Notes under the pieces: model-generated
What the model was told of the DNA's origin: nothing
Seen by the model: the letters and a program-made list of their open reading frames with translations, nothing else
Database searches by the model: none
Shown: positions 1-9,719 of the stretch, piece by piece
Numbering within the stretch: the stretch's first letter is position 1
How the letters are laid out: each line of letters opens with the position of its first letter
Position numbers and translations under genes: made by a program
NCBI GenBank assembly: GCA_018820085.1
Contig: JAHJOV010000010.1
Coordinates: 12,179-76,178 of the forward strand
Direction of reading: 5' to 3'
From: Patescibacteria group bacterium
GTDB lineage: Bacteria; Patescibacteriota; Minisyncoccia; Portnoybacterales; UBA2143
DNA length: 64,000 nt

Positions 1-215
1 TTAAATGTAAGGAAAAAAATGTCTGATTTAGATTTTTCTAAAAAAACAGAAGAGCCCATTTTTGAAGATGAGATAGAGATAAAAAAACCTGATGGAAGAT
101 TAGGAAAGATTATTGCTTTTCCAGAAAAAAAGAACAGCAAGAATATACTAAGGTTATTGAACTAAAAAAAGAGTTCTATGATAGCGTAGAAAAAAGAGAT
201 CCTCGATTAAAAAAT

Positions 216-1028
216 ATGCGGGACAATTTAGAAACGCACGAAAAAAATGTTGATCAATTTGGCGACGAATTAATTAAAGCGCATCCTGGTTTATCATCGA
301 AAGATAGGACAATAACTAAAATAGCCATTAAGCTTCATGATATTGGCAAAATGGATTCTTTGCTTTTTGAGAATTATAATGAATGGCTTTTAAAACATCA
401 TAAAAGAGGATCAGATCGAGCAGGAGAGATGTTAGAAAAATTAAAGGGGCAAAAAATTAATGGGGTTGAAGTTAATGAAAAGATGATTATTAAAGTAAAA
501 GAGGCGATTGATCGTCATATGAATCATCCGTATCTTATACTTATGAACAAAGGTGAAAGATTTCCGGAAGCAGAAGATGATATTGATAGAACTGTTTCTG
601 ATGCGGATATGGTATCTAATGTCGGCTTCAAAAATATTACTTTTAGATTTAATGAAAAAGACATGAATGAAGATCAAGAAGCTGCTAAAAAGAAAGGTAT
701 TACTATCTTAGAAGCTAATTTTGAAAATGTAATGGAAGGAGTAAAAGTTTTAGATGAATATGTTTATTCTGATCAAGCTAAAGAGAAAGTAGGTGAATTA
801 ATCGAGAAATCAGAAGAAATTTTTCAATATTTTAAGAAAAATGATATTTTTAGAAAAGTTCAAGCTGAATTTTCTGATCAACAAGGTAATTTCAGTATAG
901 AAGCAATGCAGGCTAAGTTTGGCAAGGAATATTTTTGTTTGATAAAGAAAAGATTTAATGAGGAAATAGCTAAGGCAGGATCAGAATTAGGTATTGATAA
1001 AAAGGTTTTTAATAATTTTAAGATATAA
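216..1028 (+). CDS. HD-domain phosphohydrolase-like protein (LHDIGK motif)
   Basis: ORF track. HD signature ...IKLHDIGK... with a second His-rich stretch DRHMNHPY. No further family assignment possible by eye. Confidence 0.45.
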   Translation: MRDNLETHEKNVDQFGDELIKAHPGLSSKDRTITKIAIKLHDIGKMDSLLFENYNEWLLKHHKRGSDRAGEMLEKLKGQKINGVEVNEKMIIKVKEAIDRHMNHPYLILMNKGERFPEAEDDIDRTVSDADMVSNVGFKNITFRFNEKDMNEDQEAAKKKGITILEANFENVMEGVKVLDEYVYSDQAKEKVGELIEKSEEIFQYFKKNDIFRKVQAEFSDQQGNFSIEAMQAKFGKEYFCLIKKRFNEEIAKAGSELGIDKKVFNNFKI

Positions 1029-1082
1029 TTTTAAAAGAGTGTTGATTAAAAAACTGCCTGAGAGGCAGTTTTTTGTATTTTG

Positions 1083-1141
1083 TCATTCCCAACTTGATTG
1101 GGAATCCAGTTTTGGATTCCCGCTTTCGCGGGAATGACACT
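1083..1141. repeat. Family-1 double-hairpin MITE-like repeat (gtcattccc ... gggaatgac)
   Basis: Two adjacent perfect hairpins (ggattcccgctttcgcgggaatg and gtcattcccaacttgattgggaatcc) with terminal inverted ends gtcattccc/gggaatgac. Near-identical copies at 8045-8102 and a partial copy at 20880-20924. Confidence 0.8.
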
Positions 1142-2204
1142 AATAGATGTATCCTCGGATACGCGAGTCATTGGTTTTGAGAGTTCGGACACTTTTTCGA
1201 GCCCAACCAGTATAGTTCATTTCAGAGATAGTTACCCAACTACCATTAACCGATTCAACATAGGCAACATGGCCGTATAATCTTCCCATCCAGCCGCCTT
1301 CAGTTAGAACCATAATGGCGCCAGCCTGGGGCGCGCTGCCAGTTTTGTAACCAGCTGCTCTGGCATTGGCCAACCATGATTTAGCATGGCCTGACCAAGG
1401 AACGATTGTTTTTTGAGCTATATACCAAGTACATTGACCATAAGGGAAGATGCGACTTTTACCCGTGCCTGGGCCAGCAGTATAAGTTTGACTGACAATT
1501 TGGCTGACTGTCTGGATAACTGGTATTTGTCCGTCAGGGATAATTAGTTTCTGATTGATTTGAATTGCTCCATCAGCCGGTAAATCATTAAAGGCAATAA
1601 TTTTTTCCGTGTTAGCTTTGTATTTAGTAGCAATAGCGCCAATGGTATCTCCGCTGTTAACTCGATGGACCAAACCATTAATTGGCAAGATGGTTAATTC
1701 ATCGCCTGGTCGGATTAAACTTGTTTCTTTTAGATCATTAGACCAAAGTAGAGTATTTAAACTAATACCAAAACTAGCGGCAATACTGGAAGGCATATCT
1801 CCTTCTTGGACAGTATAAGTAATAATTTCTCCTCTAGGCTCTTGACTGATAGTTGTAATAGGAGTGGTTTGTCCTAAAAGGGCGTTTTCTTGAAAGGTTA
1901 TTAAACTAGATTCTTGATAAAATTCTTCTGATTCTGGTTGATTAATTAAAGCGGCTAGAGTATTAGCTGTTAAGGAAGCTTGATTACTAGTAAATGATTT
2001 TGTTTGTTCAACAATATTTGATTGATTGTTATCAAAATATTGTAAAATAATTTGTTCGGTTCCTTTAACTGGGCTAACTAAGATAGACCCTAGACCAAAT
2101 AAAACAACTGCTGCTAGCAGCAGTTTTTTATTACTTCTTTCGATACTGGTCTTTAAACAGCCAATAAAAGGTTTTAAATGTCGTGTTATTGTACCCATGG
2201 GCAC
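1140..2204 (-). CDS. Secreted peptidoglycan hydrolase with two LysM repeats and a C-terminal CHAP domain
   Basis: N-terminal signal/TM segment. Two LysM-like repeats (YTVQEGDMPSSIAASFGISLNTLLWSNDL and HRVNSGDTIGAIATKYKANTEKIIAFNDL). C-terminal CHAP-type motif GQCTWYIAQ...GH. Confidence 0.6.
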   Translation of the reverse strand: MPMGTITRHLKPFIGCLKTSIERSNKKLLLAAVVLFGLGSILVSPVKGTEQIILQYFDNNQSNIVEQTKSFTSNQASLTANTLAALINQPESEEFYQESSLITFQENALLGQTTPITTISQEPRGEIITYTVQEGDMPSSIAASFGISLNTLLWSNDLKETSLIRPGDELTILPINGLVHRVNSGDTIGAIATKYKANTEKIIAFNDLPADGAIQINQKLIIPDGQIPVIQTVSQIVSQTYTAGPGTGKSRIFPYGQCTWYIAQKTIVPWSGHAKSWLANARAAGYKTGSAPQAGAIMVLTEGGWMGRLYGHVAYVESVNGSWVTISEMNYTGWARKSVRTLKTNDSRIRGYIY

Positions 2205-2256
2205 AGTATTAGACTATCAGGATCAGGGCTCTCTGTCAAGTAAACGTTATCCCCAA

Positions 2257-2517
2257 TTATATCCTCTCAATCGCTTTTGTTAACCGTGATTTTTTACGAT
2301 TGGCCGTATTTTTTTTAATTATTCCCCGTTTAGCCGATTTATCAATAGCTTTATAAATTTCAGGTAAAAGCTTAAGAGCGGCATCTTTTTGTTTTTCTTT
2401 AATCAAAGTATTGCTTTGTTTGATTAATTTTTTCATTTTTTTCAATTTACGTACGTTAAAGACCCGTCTAGTGCGATTTTGGCGAAGGGCTTTTTGAGCT
2501 GATTTTGTTATAGGCAT
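2257..2517 (-). CDS. rpsT: 30S ribosomal protein S20
   Basis: 86 aa, very basic, N-terminus MPITKSAQKALRQNRTRRVFN typical of S20. Confidence 0.7.
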   Translation of the reverse strand: MPITKSAQKALRQNRTRRVFNVRKLKKMKKLIKQSNTLIKEKQKDAALKLLPEIYKAIDKSAKRGIIKKNTANRKKSRLTKAIERI

Positions 2518-2575
2518 AAAAGAAGTATAAGTGAAACTTTAAAAATAAGCAAGAGTATGCTATTGTTTCTATTAT

Positions 2576-3145
2576 ATGATTGCTTCACTTCAAGGTAAAA
2601 TAGAATTAAAAACAAATAAGTTCGCTATTATTAATGTAGGCGGAGTTGGGTATAAGGTTTTTTGTACTATTTCTGTTTTAGATAAGTTGGTTGTTGATCA
2701 AGAAATTAAGCTCTTTATTCACCTCTATATTAGAGAGAATATGTTAGATTTATATGGTTTTTTAACTCTTGAAGAATTGGAATTCTTTGAACTTTTGATT
2801 TCAATCAGCGGGATTGGACCTAAAGCTGCTTCGTCTATTCTTTCCGTTTCTTCAATTAAGGACTTAAAGGCTTCAATTGCTAGTGGTCAAGTTAATCTTT
2901 TAACTAAAGTTTCTGGAATTGGTAAAAAAATAGCTGAAAGAGTTATTTTAGAATTAAGAAGTAAGATATTAGTTTCTGGTTCAGATGTTCGTAAATTAGT
3001 TTCTGACGATGAGGCAGCTGATGCTTTAGTCAGCTTGGGATATTCTAATTACCAAGCTAATCAAGCTCTTAAACAAGTACCAGTTAAGGTAAAAGAAATA
3101 GAGAATAGGATTAAAGAGGCCTTAAGGATTTTAGGACAAAGTTAA
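2576..3145 (+). CDS. ruvA: Holliday junction branch-migration protein RuvA
   Basis: N-terminal OB domain (MIASLQGKI...INVGGVGYKV), central HhH pair (ISGIGPKAA ... VSGIGKKIAERV), C-terminal domain III. Length 189 aa. Confidence 0.85.
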   Translation: MIASLQGKIELKTNKFAIINVGGVGYKVFCTISVLDKLVVDQEIKLFIHLYIRENMLDLYGFLTLEELEFFELLISISGIGPKAASSILSVSSIKDLKASIASGQVNLLTKVSGIGKKIAERVILELRSKILVSGSDVRKLVSDDEAADALVSLGYSNYQANQALKQVPVKVKEIENRIKEALRILGQS

Positions 3146-3207
3146 AGGTCAGACCTCATTTTGCCGAACCTTCAGTAAAGGTTCGGACAAAATGAGGTCT
3201 GACCTTT
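3145..3207. repeat. Family-2 nested-palindrome REP/MITE-like element (aggtcNgacct / ttttgccgaacc ... ggttcggcaaaa / aggtcNgacct)
   Basis: Outer inverted repeat aggtcagacct / aggtctgacct and inner inverted repeat ttttgccgaacc / ggttcggacaaaa. Same architecture recurs at 13853-13913, 20802-20864, 38200-38263, 43449-43513, 43534-43595, 51164-51226, 54303-54364, 54386-54446, 59419-59493 and 59511-59590. Confidence 0.85.
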
Positions 3208-3214
3208 ATGAGTT

Positions 3215-4144
3215 ATGGATATTCAAACCAACAAAGAACAATGGAATCAATTTATAGTTGAAAATGAGGGTTGTTTTTTGCAATCTTGGCAATGGGGAGA
3301 ATTACAGGAATCTATGAATCGGAAAATTTGGCGGATTGAGACACAGGGTTTAAAAGGATTAGTTATTAAGCATGATATAAATTTAGGCAAAAACTATTTG
3401 TATTGTCCTCGAGGTCCAATTGGTCAAGGGGATTTTAATAATTTTATAGAACAAGTTAAAGAGATTGCTCATCAAGAGGGGAGTATTTTTTTTAAGATAG
3501 AGCTAGAAGAATTTAAGGTCCGACCTCAACAGAGGTCCGACCTTAAATTCTTCGTTAAATCCTCAAAACAAATTCAACCAGTTAAGACAGTAATTCTAGA
3601 TATATCTAAATCAGAAAAAGAATTATTAAAACAAATGCATCAGAAGACGAGATATAATATTTGTTTGGCTCAGAAAAAGGGAATTGAGATTAAAGAATCA
3701 GAGGAGGGGTTAGATGACTTTATCAGATTATTAAAACAAACTGCTAAGAGGGACAGGTTTTTTCTACATCCCCGAAAATATTATCAAAAGCTGTTAAAAA
3801 GAGGTCTGGCTAAGTTATTTTTAGCTTATTATCAGAATAAGGTTATAGCCGCCAATTTAATTTGTTTTTTTGGTCAAACAGCTACCTATCTCCACGGCGC
3901 TTCAGATTATAATCATCGTCAGTTGATGGCACCCTATCTTCTTCAGTGGCAAACAATTTTAAAAGCTAAAGAAAAAGGATTGACTCATTACGATTTTTGG
4001 GGTATTAATGAAGAAAAGTGGCCAGGTGTTACTCGATTTAAAAAAGGTTTTGGCGGTCAAGAAGTATCTTATCCGGGTAGCTTTGATTTGATTTTTCAAA
4101 AAACGTGGTATAAGGTCTATAATCTAGCGCGAAAAATTCTATGA
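3215..4144 (+). CDS. FemAB-family peptidyltransferase (peptidoglycan interpeptide bridge formation)
   Basis: FemAB-like motifs (YLHGASDYNHRQLMAPYLLQWQ..., HYDFWGI). Sits upstream of murE. Contains an in-frame 42-bp family-2 mini-repeat at 3509-3550. Confidence 0.65.
   Translation: MDIQTNKEQWNQFIVENEGCFLQSWQWGELQESMNRKIWRIETQGLKGLVIKHDINLGKNYLYCPRGPIGQGDFNNFIEQVKEIAHQEGSIFFKIELEEFKVRPQQRSDLKFFVKSSKQIQPVKTVILDISKSEKELLKQMHQKTRYNICLAQKKGIEIKESEEGLDDFIRLLKQTAKRDRFFLHPRKYYQKLLKRGLAKLFLAYYQNKVIAANLICFFGQTATYLHGASDYNHRQLMAPYLLQWQTILKAKEKGLTHYDFWGINEEKWPGVTRFKKGFGGQEVSYPGSFDLIFQKTWYKVYNLARKIL
3509..3550. repeat. In-frame palindromic mini-repeat inside the FemAB CDS (gaatttaaggtccgacctcaacagaggtccgaccttaaattc)
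   Basis: A perfect 42-bp palindrome-like element with the family-2 core (aggtccgacct). It lies inside ORF 3215-4144 and encodes EFKVRPQQRSDLKF without breaking the frame. Confidence 0.7.
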
Positions 4145-5439
4145 TGAATTTAGAGAAATTACTGAGATTTGGTCGAAAAATCATTCCTAAGTCATTGTTT
4201 GAATTTTTTCAGCCAATTTATCATTTCTGGTTAAGCTTCGTGGCTTCCTTGATTTATGGTTTCCCTTATAGAAAACTTAAAGTCATTGGCGTTACTGGGA
4301 CTAATGGCAAATCAACTGTTGTCCATTTAATTAGTCAGGTTTTAGAAGATGCTGGTCATTCTGTAGCTATGGCTTCTTCAATTGAGTTTAAGATTAAGGA
4401 TAAAGTTTGGAAAAATGAATTAAAGATGACTATGCCTGGTCGGTTTAAATTGCAAAAGTTTTTAAGTCAGGCTGCCAAGGCTGGTTGTCAATATCTTATT
4501 TTAGAAGTAACTTCGGAAGGAATTAGACAGCATCGTCAACGTTTTATTCGTTTTTATACTACTCTTTTAACTAATTTAACCGAAGAACACCTAGAAAGTC
4601 ATGGTGGTTTTGATAACTACAAAAGAGCTAAGGCAAAATTATTCCATCAGCTTCGAACTAGAGGTAAATCAATCGTTAATTTAGATGATCCCAATGCAAA
4701 CTACTTTCTTCAGTTTCCAGCGGCAGCTAAGTGGGGTTATGGAATAGATTTCCAATCTTCAGATCAAGTGAATGTAACCGTTAAGGCGAGTAATTACCAA
4801 TTAAGTCAGCATGGGATAAATTTTAGAGTTGATGGACAGAATTTTAAGGTTAATCTTTTAGGAAAATTTAATTTATATAATGTTTTAGCGACTATGAGTA
4901 TTTGTCTTATGGAAAAGGTTCCTTTGGATCAGATTAAATTATCTTTAGCTAAGGTTAAAGGTATTCCTGGCCGTTTAGAAGTAGTTTTAAAAGAACCATT
5001 TTCTGTTATTGTTGATTATGCTCATACGCCTGATGCTTTAGAAAAGGTTTACCAAATGATTAAAGAATCATTTTCTGGAAAAATTATTGGTGTTTTAGGG
5101 GCAGCTGGTGGGGGACGAGATAAATGGAAGCGACCCGAGTTTGCTAAAATCGCTGAAAAGTATTTAGATAAAATTATTATTACCAATGAAGATCCTTATG
5201 ATGAAAATCCTCAGGTGATTATTAATGATATTTCTAAGGGTCTTAAGGAAAAATCGGCTGAAGAATTTACTGATCGGAGATTAGCTATTCGTCGAGCCTT
5301 GAAATTAGCTCAAGAAGGAGATGTTGTTATTATTACAGGGAAAGGTTGTGAACCATGGATGTGTCTTGCTCATGGGAAAAAGATTCCTTGGGATGATCGG
5401 GAGGTAGTTAGGGAGGAGTTTAAGAAACTGAATAAATGA
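4141..5439 (+). CDS. murE: UDP-N-acetylmuramoyl-tripeptide ligase MurE-type Mur ligase
   Basis: P-loop IGVTGTNGKSTV and the signature DYAHTPDAL. MurE has DYAHTPD, MurF has DxYNANP, MurC/D have DDYAHHP. 4-bp overlap with the upstream gene. Confidence 0.7.
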   Translation: MMNLEKLLRFGRKIIPKSLFEFFQPIYHFWLSFVASLIYGFPYRKLKVIGVTGTNGKSTVVHLISQVLEDAGHSVAMASSIEFKIKDKVWKNELKMTMPGRFKLQKFLSQAAKAGCQYLILEVTSEGIRQHRQRFIRFYTTLLTNLTEEHLESHGGFDNYKRAKAKLFHQLRTRGKSIVNLDDPNANYFLQFPAAAKWGYGIDFQSSDQVNVTVKASNYQLSQHGINFRVDGQNFKVNLLGKFNLYNVLATMSICLMEKVPLDQIKLSLAKVKGIPGRLEVVLKEPFSVIVDYAHTPDALEKVYQMIKESFSGKIIGVLGAAGGGRDKWKRPEFAKIAEKYLDKIIITNEDPYDENPQVIINDISKGLKEKSAEEFTDRRLAIRRALKLAQEGDVVIITGKGCEPWMCLAHGKKIPWDDREVVREEFKKLNK

Positions 5440-6707
5440 TTCTTTTAGAAAAAATATTCTTTTATCTTTTGGTTTTTTGTTTGCCTTTTCAGACACGGAA
5501 GATAATCTATCAATGGGGGGATGGTTTTAATGAATGGGCTAGTGTCTATTTATATCTAACAGACATTTTACTTATTTTGGTCTTTTTGCTTTGGATTTGG
5601 CGAATAAGGAAAGAGCGATTTTTAATCCTTCGAAGAGCTCAGGATATAATTAAAAGCTCTAGTTTTTGGCTAGGAGCTTTTTTAATTGTTAGTTTGTTTT
5701 CTTTAATTGAGGCTAGAAATTTACCTTTAGGTTTTTATGCTTGGTTTAAGTTGCTAGAATTAGCTGGTTTATTCTTCTATTTAAAATATAATTTTAAAGA
5801 TTTATTTGATTTTGACAGTCTAGCTCGGGTTTTTGTGGCTAGTGGGTTATTCCAAGCTTTAATTGCTTTAGGACAGTTTGCTCAGCAGAGGAGTTTGGGT
5901 TTAAGATGGCTAACTGAAAGTCCTTTGGGCGTAGAAATAGATGGGGTGGCTAAAATTGTTGTTGGGAATTTAACTTTACTTCGGCCTTATGGTAGTTTAC
6001 CTCATCCTAATGTTTTGGCTACTTTCTTATTAATCAGTATCCTATTTATTTATTATCTCTGGCTGAAAAGAGAACACTCCTTTTTTGTCAATTTATTACT
6101 AATTACTAATTATTTATTATTAGTTATTGCTTTATTTTTTACTTTTTCCCGAGTTATTATTTTTGTTTTTCTTTTATCTAGTTTAGTTTATTTAATTCTT
6201 AACAGGAAGTTAGGGAAAAAAGTTCTTGGGATATTTTTATTATTAATTATTCTTTGTTCAATGTTTTTTATCTTAGCTTGGCCAGAGATTTCTAATCGTT
6301 TTTCACTTTCATTAGAAGATCAGACAATTTCTTTACGTGGTTTTTATAACCAGGTATCTTTTTCTCTTATTAACGAGTCTCCTTGGCAAGGAGTTGGTTT
6401 GGGTAATTTCGTTTGGGAAATGAAAGAAATATTTCCTCTTTTGAATGATTGGATTCATCAGCCAGTTCATAATATTTATCTATTGATTAGTAGTGAAGTT
6501 GGTTTAATTGGATTAATCATCTTTTTAATGTTTCTTTATCGGCTTTTATTCCAGAGATCTAATCGCATGTTATTTATTCTTTTTCTTTGTTTGCTCTTGA
6601 TTGGTCTGTTTGACCATTTTTTCTGGACTCTTCAACAAGGTCAATTGATGTTTTGGTTGATTCTTGGACTTTTAAGCAGTGCAGAGTATAATGGAAGCAA
6701 CTTATGA
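5436..6707 (+). CDS. O-antigen ligase/Wzy-like polytopic membrane protein
   Basis: About 10 predicted TM helices, a central periplasmic loop, and an FTFSRVIIFVF region reminiscent of the Wzy_C/O-antigen ligase family. Confidence 0.5.
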   Translation: MILLEKIFFYLLVFCLPFQTRKIIYQWGDGFNEWASVYLYLTDILLILVFLLWIWRIRKERFLILRRAQDIIKSSSFWLGAFLIVSLFSLIEARNLPLGFYAWFKLLELAGLFFYLKYNFKDLFDFDSLARVFVASGLFQALIALGQFAQQRSLGLRWLTESPLGVEIDGVAKIVVGNLTLLRPYGSLPHPNVLATFLLISILFIYYLWLKREHSFFVNLLLITNYLLLVIALFFTFSRVIIFVFLLSSLVYLILNRKLGKKVLGIFLLLIILCSMFFILAWPEISNRFSLSLEDQTISLRGFYNQVSFSLINESPWQGVGLGNFVWEMKEIFPLLNDWIHQPVHNIYLLISSEVGLIGLIIFLMFLYRLLFQRSNRMLFILFLCLLLIGLFDHFFWTLQQGQLMFWLILGLLSSAEYNGSNL

Positions 6708-8026
6708 AATTTGTTGCTGATTTACATATTCATTCTAAATATTCTCGGGCTACTTCTCGAGATATGGATATTGACCATTTGAATAAATGGGCCAAAATTA
6801 AAGGAATTAAAGTTTTAGGGACAGGTGATTTTACTCATCATCTTTGGCTTAAAGAACTTAAAGAAAAACTTGAACCAGCTGAGCCTGGTCTTTTTAAACT
6901 CAAGAAGAAGATTCAAATTACTTCTAAAAAGGATGATTGGTTGCCTGATAATAGTAATGGCGATGATCAGGATCAAGCAACTCGTTTTTTATTAAGTGGT
7001 GAGATTAGTTGTATTTATTCTAAGAATAATCGAGTTAGGAAAATTCATGTTATTATCCTAGCTCCTAGTTTTAAAGTAGTCGAAAAGATTAATACTCGTT
7101 TGGGATGGATTGGTAATATTAAGTCTGATGGACGTCCTATTCTAGGATTAGATGTTAAAGAATTACTTAAAATTGTTTTAACTATTTCTGGTGATTGTTT
7201 AATTATTCCAGCTCATATATATACTCCATGGTTTAGCTTATTCGGGGCTAACTCTGGTTTTGATTCTATTGAGGAATGTTTTGAAGAATATTCTAATTAT
7301 ATCTACGCGGTTGAAACCGGAATCTCTTCGGATCCTTTAATGAATTGGCGCTGGTCAGCTTTAGATAAGATTACCTTGATTTCTAATAGTGATAGCCATA
7401 GTCCTTGGCGGATTGGTCGAGAGGCTAATATTTTTGACACTGATTTAAGTTATCAGGGGATTGCTGATGTTATTAAAAATAGTAGTCCAAGTAAATTTTT
7501 AGAGACAATCGAGTTTTTTCCTGAAGAAGGTAGGTATTATTATGATGGTCATCGTAAATGTGGAATTGTCTTAACTCCTTCAAAATCAAAGAAGATAAAA
7601 AGCATTTGTCCTAAATGTAAGAAGCCCTTAACGATTGGTACTCTACATAGAATAGATGACTTAGCAGACAGAAATGAAGGATATCAGCCGGATCAAGCGA
7701 TTCCTTTTAGACGAATGATTCCTTTAGATGAAATTATTGCTGATGCTAAAGGAGTTGGACCAAGTACTAAGACAGTTAAAAGAGAGTATAAGAATCTAAT
7801 TCAGAATTTTGGGACAGAATTTGAAATACTATTAAATGTTAATCTAGAACATATAGAGAGGGTTAGTTCTCCTGAAATTGCCGAAGGTATTAATCGAGTT
7901 CGTCAAAGCAAGGTTGATATTGATCCTGGTTATGATGGTGAATATGGTCAAATTAAAATATTTAAAGACAAGGAACGAGGAAGTTTTTCTAAACAAGCTA
8001 GCTTGTTTAGAATATATATTTTTTAG
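6704..8026 (+). CDS. PHP-domain protein with C-terminal zinc ribbon, endonuclease Q (TIGR00375)-like
   Basis: N-terminus MKFVADLHIHSKYSRATSRDMD...GTGDFTH is characteristic of the PHP/EndoQ family. Internal CPKCKKPL zinc ribbon. The last codons run into the family-1 repeat region. Confidence 0.55.
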   Translation: MKFVADLHIHSKYSRATSRDMDIDHLNKWAKIKGIKVLGTGDFTHHLWLKELKEKLEPAEPGLFKLKKKIQITSKKDDWLPDNSNGDDQDQATRFLLSGEISCIYSKNNRVRKIHVIILAPSFKVVEKINTRLGWIGNIKSDGRPILGLDVKELLKIVLTISGDCLIIPAHIYTPWFSLFGANSGFDSIEECFEEYSNYIYAVETGISSDPLMNWRWSALDKITLISNSDSHSPWRIGREANIFDTDLSYQGIADVIKNSSPSKFLETIEFFPEEGRYYYDGHRKCGIVLTPSKSKKIKSICPKCKKPLTIGTLHRIDDLADRNEGYQPDQAIPFRRMIPLDEIIADAKGVGPSTKTVKREYKNLIQNFGTEFEILLNVNLEHIERVSSPEIAEGINRVRQSKVDIDPGYDGEYGQIKIFKDKERGSFSKQASLFRIYIF

Positions 8027-8044
8027 TATTATTTTTGCTCTCAG

Positions 8045-8102
8045 TGTCATTCCCGCGAAAGCGGGAATCCAGGTCTGGATTCCCAATCAAGTTGGGAATG
8101 AC
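8045..8102. repeat. Family-1 double-hairpin MITE-like repeat
   Basis: gtcattcccgcgaaagcgggaatccaggtctggattcccaatcaagttgggaatgaca. Same two hairpins as 1083-1141 in swapped order. Confidence 0.8.
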
Positions 8103-8113
8103 AAAACCAACAG

Positions 8114-9700
8114 ATGACTAAAAAACAAAAGAAATTGGCTTTTCTAGCTTTTTGTTTTATTTTGGTCTTTCTTGTTTATGGCCAAACGCTTTTTGGTGAT
8201 TTCGTTTTTGACGATCGATATATTGTTTCTCACTTTGAACTTTTTAAAAATCTTAATAATTTACCTCAGGTAGCGACAATGGGCTATTGGACAACTGAAA
8301 CTGGTCTTTACCGGCCAGTTGTTTTAATAACTTATGTTTTTAATTATTCCTTTTTTGGTTCTGAGCCGTTTAGCTTTCATTTAGTTAACTTAATTCTTTA
8401 TGCTTGGACTGGTTACTTGCTTTATTTGCTGATCAGGCGTCTTTTTCCTAAACAGGAATTACTTGCTTATCTGTTTTCTGTTTTATTTTTAGTTTTACCG
8501 ATTCATACTGAAGTGGTGGCTAATATTGTTGGTCGAGCTGAAATCTTAGCTTTATTTTTTTCTTTATTAGCTTTTTTAGAGATTATTAAAAAGAAAACTA
8601 ATATTTGGTTAACTGCTTTATGGCTTCTTTTGGCTGTTGCTAGCAAGGAGACAGCTATTGCTGCTTGGCCTATTGCTTTATTTATTGTTTTTTACAAAAA
8701 CTATTCAAGTATTAAACTTTTAAAAATTAAAGAAACTATAGAAAAGTATTTTATTCCTCTGTTCTTATCAGTCAGCATATACTTCACTCTTCGTCTTTTA
8801 GTTCTTGGTCCTTATTTCTTAGTTACTAATGCTAGTATTGTTGAAAATCCTTTAAAATTCACTTCTTTTTTTGGACGAATTAGTACAGCCCTATATATTC
8901 TATTCATCTATATTAAAAAGTCGTTTTGGCCTTTTAATCTTTGTTCTGATTATTCATATAATCAAATCCCAGTAGTAGAAAGCTTTTTTAATCTAGGAAC
9001 TCTTTTGGGTTTAGCTATTTTTGTCTTCTTCTTTATTACTATTTTTGTTTTTGTAAGGCGTCGGCCAGTTTTGGCTTTAGCTTCGGCTTTTTTTATTTTT
9101 CCTTTCTTAATTATTTCTAATTTAATCTTTCCAATTGGTACTATTGCCGGGGAACGATTAATGTATTATCCTTCTGTTGGTTTATGTATTTATTTAGCTT
9201 ATATACTAATTTTATTAAGTAAGTATCGTAAGAACATAGTCGTTGTTTTGATCGCTATGATAATTCTTTTTTATGGGTCTATGAGTTTTATTCGTAGTTT
9301 TGATTGGCTGACTGAAAAAAATCTCTTTATCTCAGCTGCTCAATGTGCTCCCAATAGTGTTCTTTCTCGTTCCAATATGGGGACAGTTTATTATTTCGAA
9401 GGACGCTATGACGAGGCCGAGAAAGAAATTTTAGTAGCTCATCAGATTTATGATAAATATACTAAGGCGATTAATAATTTAGGTTTGGTCTATTGGAAAA
9501 CAGATCGACCTGAGGAGGCAAAACAAGAATATTTTAGAGCAATTAAAAATTGGCCACCCTATGAAGGGGTTTATGAAAATTTAATTCTCTTAGAAATCTC
9601 TCAAGGTAATATTGAACAAGCTAAGAAATGGATTAGAATTATTTTCTTTGGCGATCCTAAAGCAATTAATGTTTATTTTAGGAAGTATGGATTAAAATAA
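8114..9700 (+). CDS. Polytopic membrane protein with C-terminal TPR repeats (PMT/glycosyltransferase-39-like architecture)
   Basis: N-terminal 400 aa with many TM helices and a conserved acidic loop FGDFVFDD. C-terminal ~130 aa with TPR-like repeats (YDEAEKEILVAHQIY..., EEAKQEYFRAIKNWP...). Confidence 0.4.
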   Translation: MTKKQKKLAFLAFCFILVFLVYGQTLFGDFVFDDRYIVSHFELFKNLNNLPQVATMGYWTTETGLYRPVVLITYVFNYSFFGSEPFSFHLVNLILYAWTGYLLYLLIRRLFPKQELLAYLFSVLFLVLPIHTEVVANIVGRAEILALFFSLLAFLEIIKKKTNIWLTALWLLLAVASKETAIAAWPIALFIVFYKNYSSIKLLKIKETIEKYFIPLFLSVSIYFTLRLLVLGPYFLVTNASIVENPLKFTSFFGRISTALYILFIYIKKSFWPFNLCSDYSYNQIPVVESFFNLGTLLGLAIFVFFFITIFVFVRRRPVLALASAFFIFPFLIISNLIFPIGTIAGERLMYYPSVGLCIYLAYILILLSKYRKNIVVVLIAMIILFYGSMSFIRSFDWLTEKNLFISAAQCAPNSVLSRSNMGTVYYFEGRYDEAEKEILVAHQIYDKYTKAINNLGLVYWKTDRPEEAKQEYFRAIKNWPPYEGVYENLILLEISQGNIEQAKKWIRIIFFGDPKAINVYFRKYGLK

Positions 9701-9719
9701 TAAGAAGAAAGGTAAAAAT

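Noticed and set aside
441-677. Antisense ORF inside the HD-domain gene
   Set aside because: Fully embedded antisense to a longer ORF with recognisable motifs. AT-rich genomes generate such frames by chance.
1098-1280. ORF starting inside the family-1 repeat (MGIQFWIPAFAGMT...) and the analogous 7844-8086 and 7878-8117 ORFs
   Set aside because: The N-terminal residues are the translation of the gtcattccc repeat itself. The same peptide recurs wherever the repeat occurs, which marks it as repeat-derived rather than a gene.
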